Shown here: one piece after another, positions 26,708 through 26,888 of the stretch
Position numbering within the stretch: the first letter of the stretch is position 1
Layout of the letters: every line of letters begins with the position of its first letter
From: Rhodocyclaceae bacterium
Lineage (GTDB): Bacteria > Pseudomonadota > Gammaproteobacteria > Burkholderiales > Rhodocyclaceae
DNA length: 26,888 nt
Direction: 5' to 3'
Assembly: GCA_036273835.1 (NCBI GenBank)
Contig: DASUGV010000407.1
Location: 1 to 26,888 of the forward strand
Program-made: the position numbers and the translations under genes
The notes under the pieces: generated by a model
What the model was told of the DNA's origin: nothing
Database searches by the model: none
Seen by the model: the letters and a program-made list of their open reading frames with translations, nothing else

Positions 26708-26888
26708 TCAGCTCGCCGGTTTATTTGAAGCGGATACGGGCTCGGATGCGGGAGCTTCCGATGCGACCGGCGTTGCCGCAGCGGTAGCCTTTTGTTTCTG
26801 CTCCGCTACCCATGCGTCATATTTATCCTGCGGCAACACATGCACCACGATGGGCATGAATCCATGATCCTTGCCGCATAGCTCGGCG
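26708..26888 (-). CDS. coxB: Cytochrome c oxidase subunit II, 3' end only (partial)
   Basis: Own translation from 26887: AELCGKDHGFMPIVVHV...SNKPAS*; end of the CuA motif (C)xExCGxxHxxM; directly upstream of coxA. Confidence 0.92.
   Translation of the reverse strand, partial: AELCGKDHGFMPIVVHVLPQDKYDAWVAEQKQKATAAATPVASEAPASEPVSASNKPAS

Overview
Betaproteobacterial chromosomal window (inferred from gene content and synteny) with two conserved housekeeping blocks around an accessory block. Left block (141-10563): a dynamin-like GTPase, then the minus-strand operon M16 peptidase pair-rsmD-coaD-YfhL ferredoxin, then ftsY-ftsE-ftsX, an inverted pdxH, and rpoH. rpoH has a perfect CIRCE operator upstream and a bidirectional terminator downstream. 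Right block (19426-26888): an A1-type cytochrome c oxidase cluster (coxB partial, coxA, a 36-aa small gene missing from the ORF track, ctaG, DUF2970, coxC, antisense DUF2909, SURF1, SCO-like protein, ctaA, ctaB). Its usual partner sco lies about 8 kb away at 10629-11219. Between them are a divergent FeS-type photolyase/cryptochrome, a DUF2167 + site-2 protease pair, a DOMON-like + NamZ + ABC/SMC-type ATPase operon, a DMT transporter and a hairpin-rich intergenic region holding a CGTC/dRS3-type REP. Best leads: an internal two-helix duplication in oxidase subunit III, the DUF2167/site-2 protease module, the DOMON-NamZ-ATPase operon, the photolyase with altered lesion-binding residues, and an ssrA-like C-terminal degron on the dynamin. 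No rRNA, tRNA, CRISPR array, integrase or transposase was seen. All family assignments come from motif recognition, not database searches.
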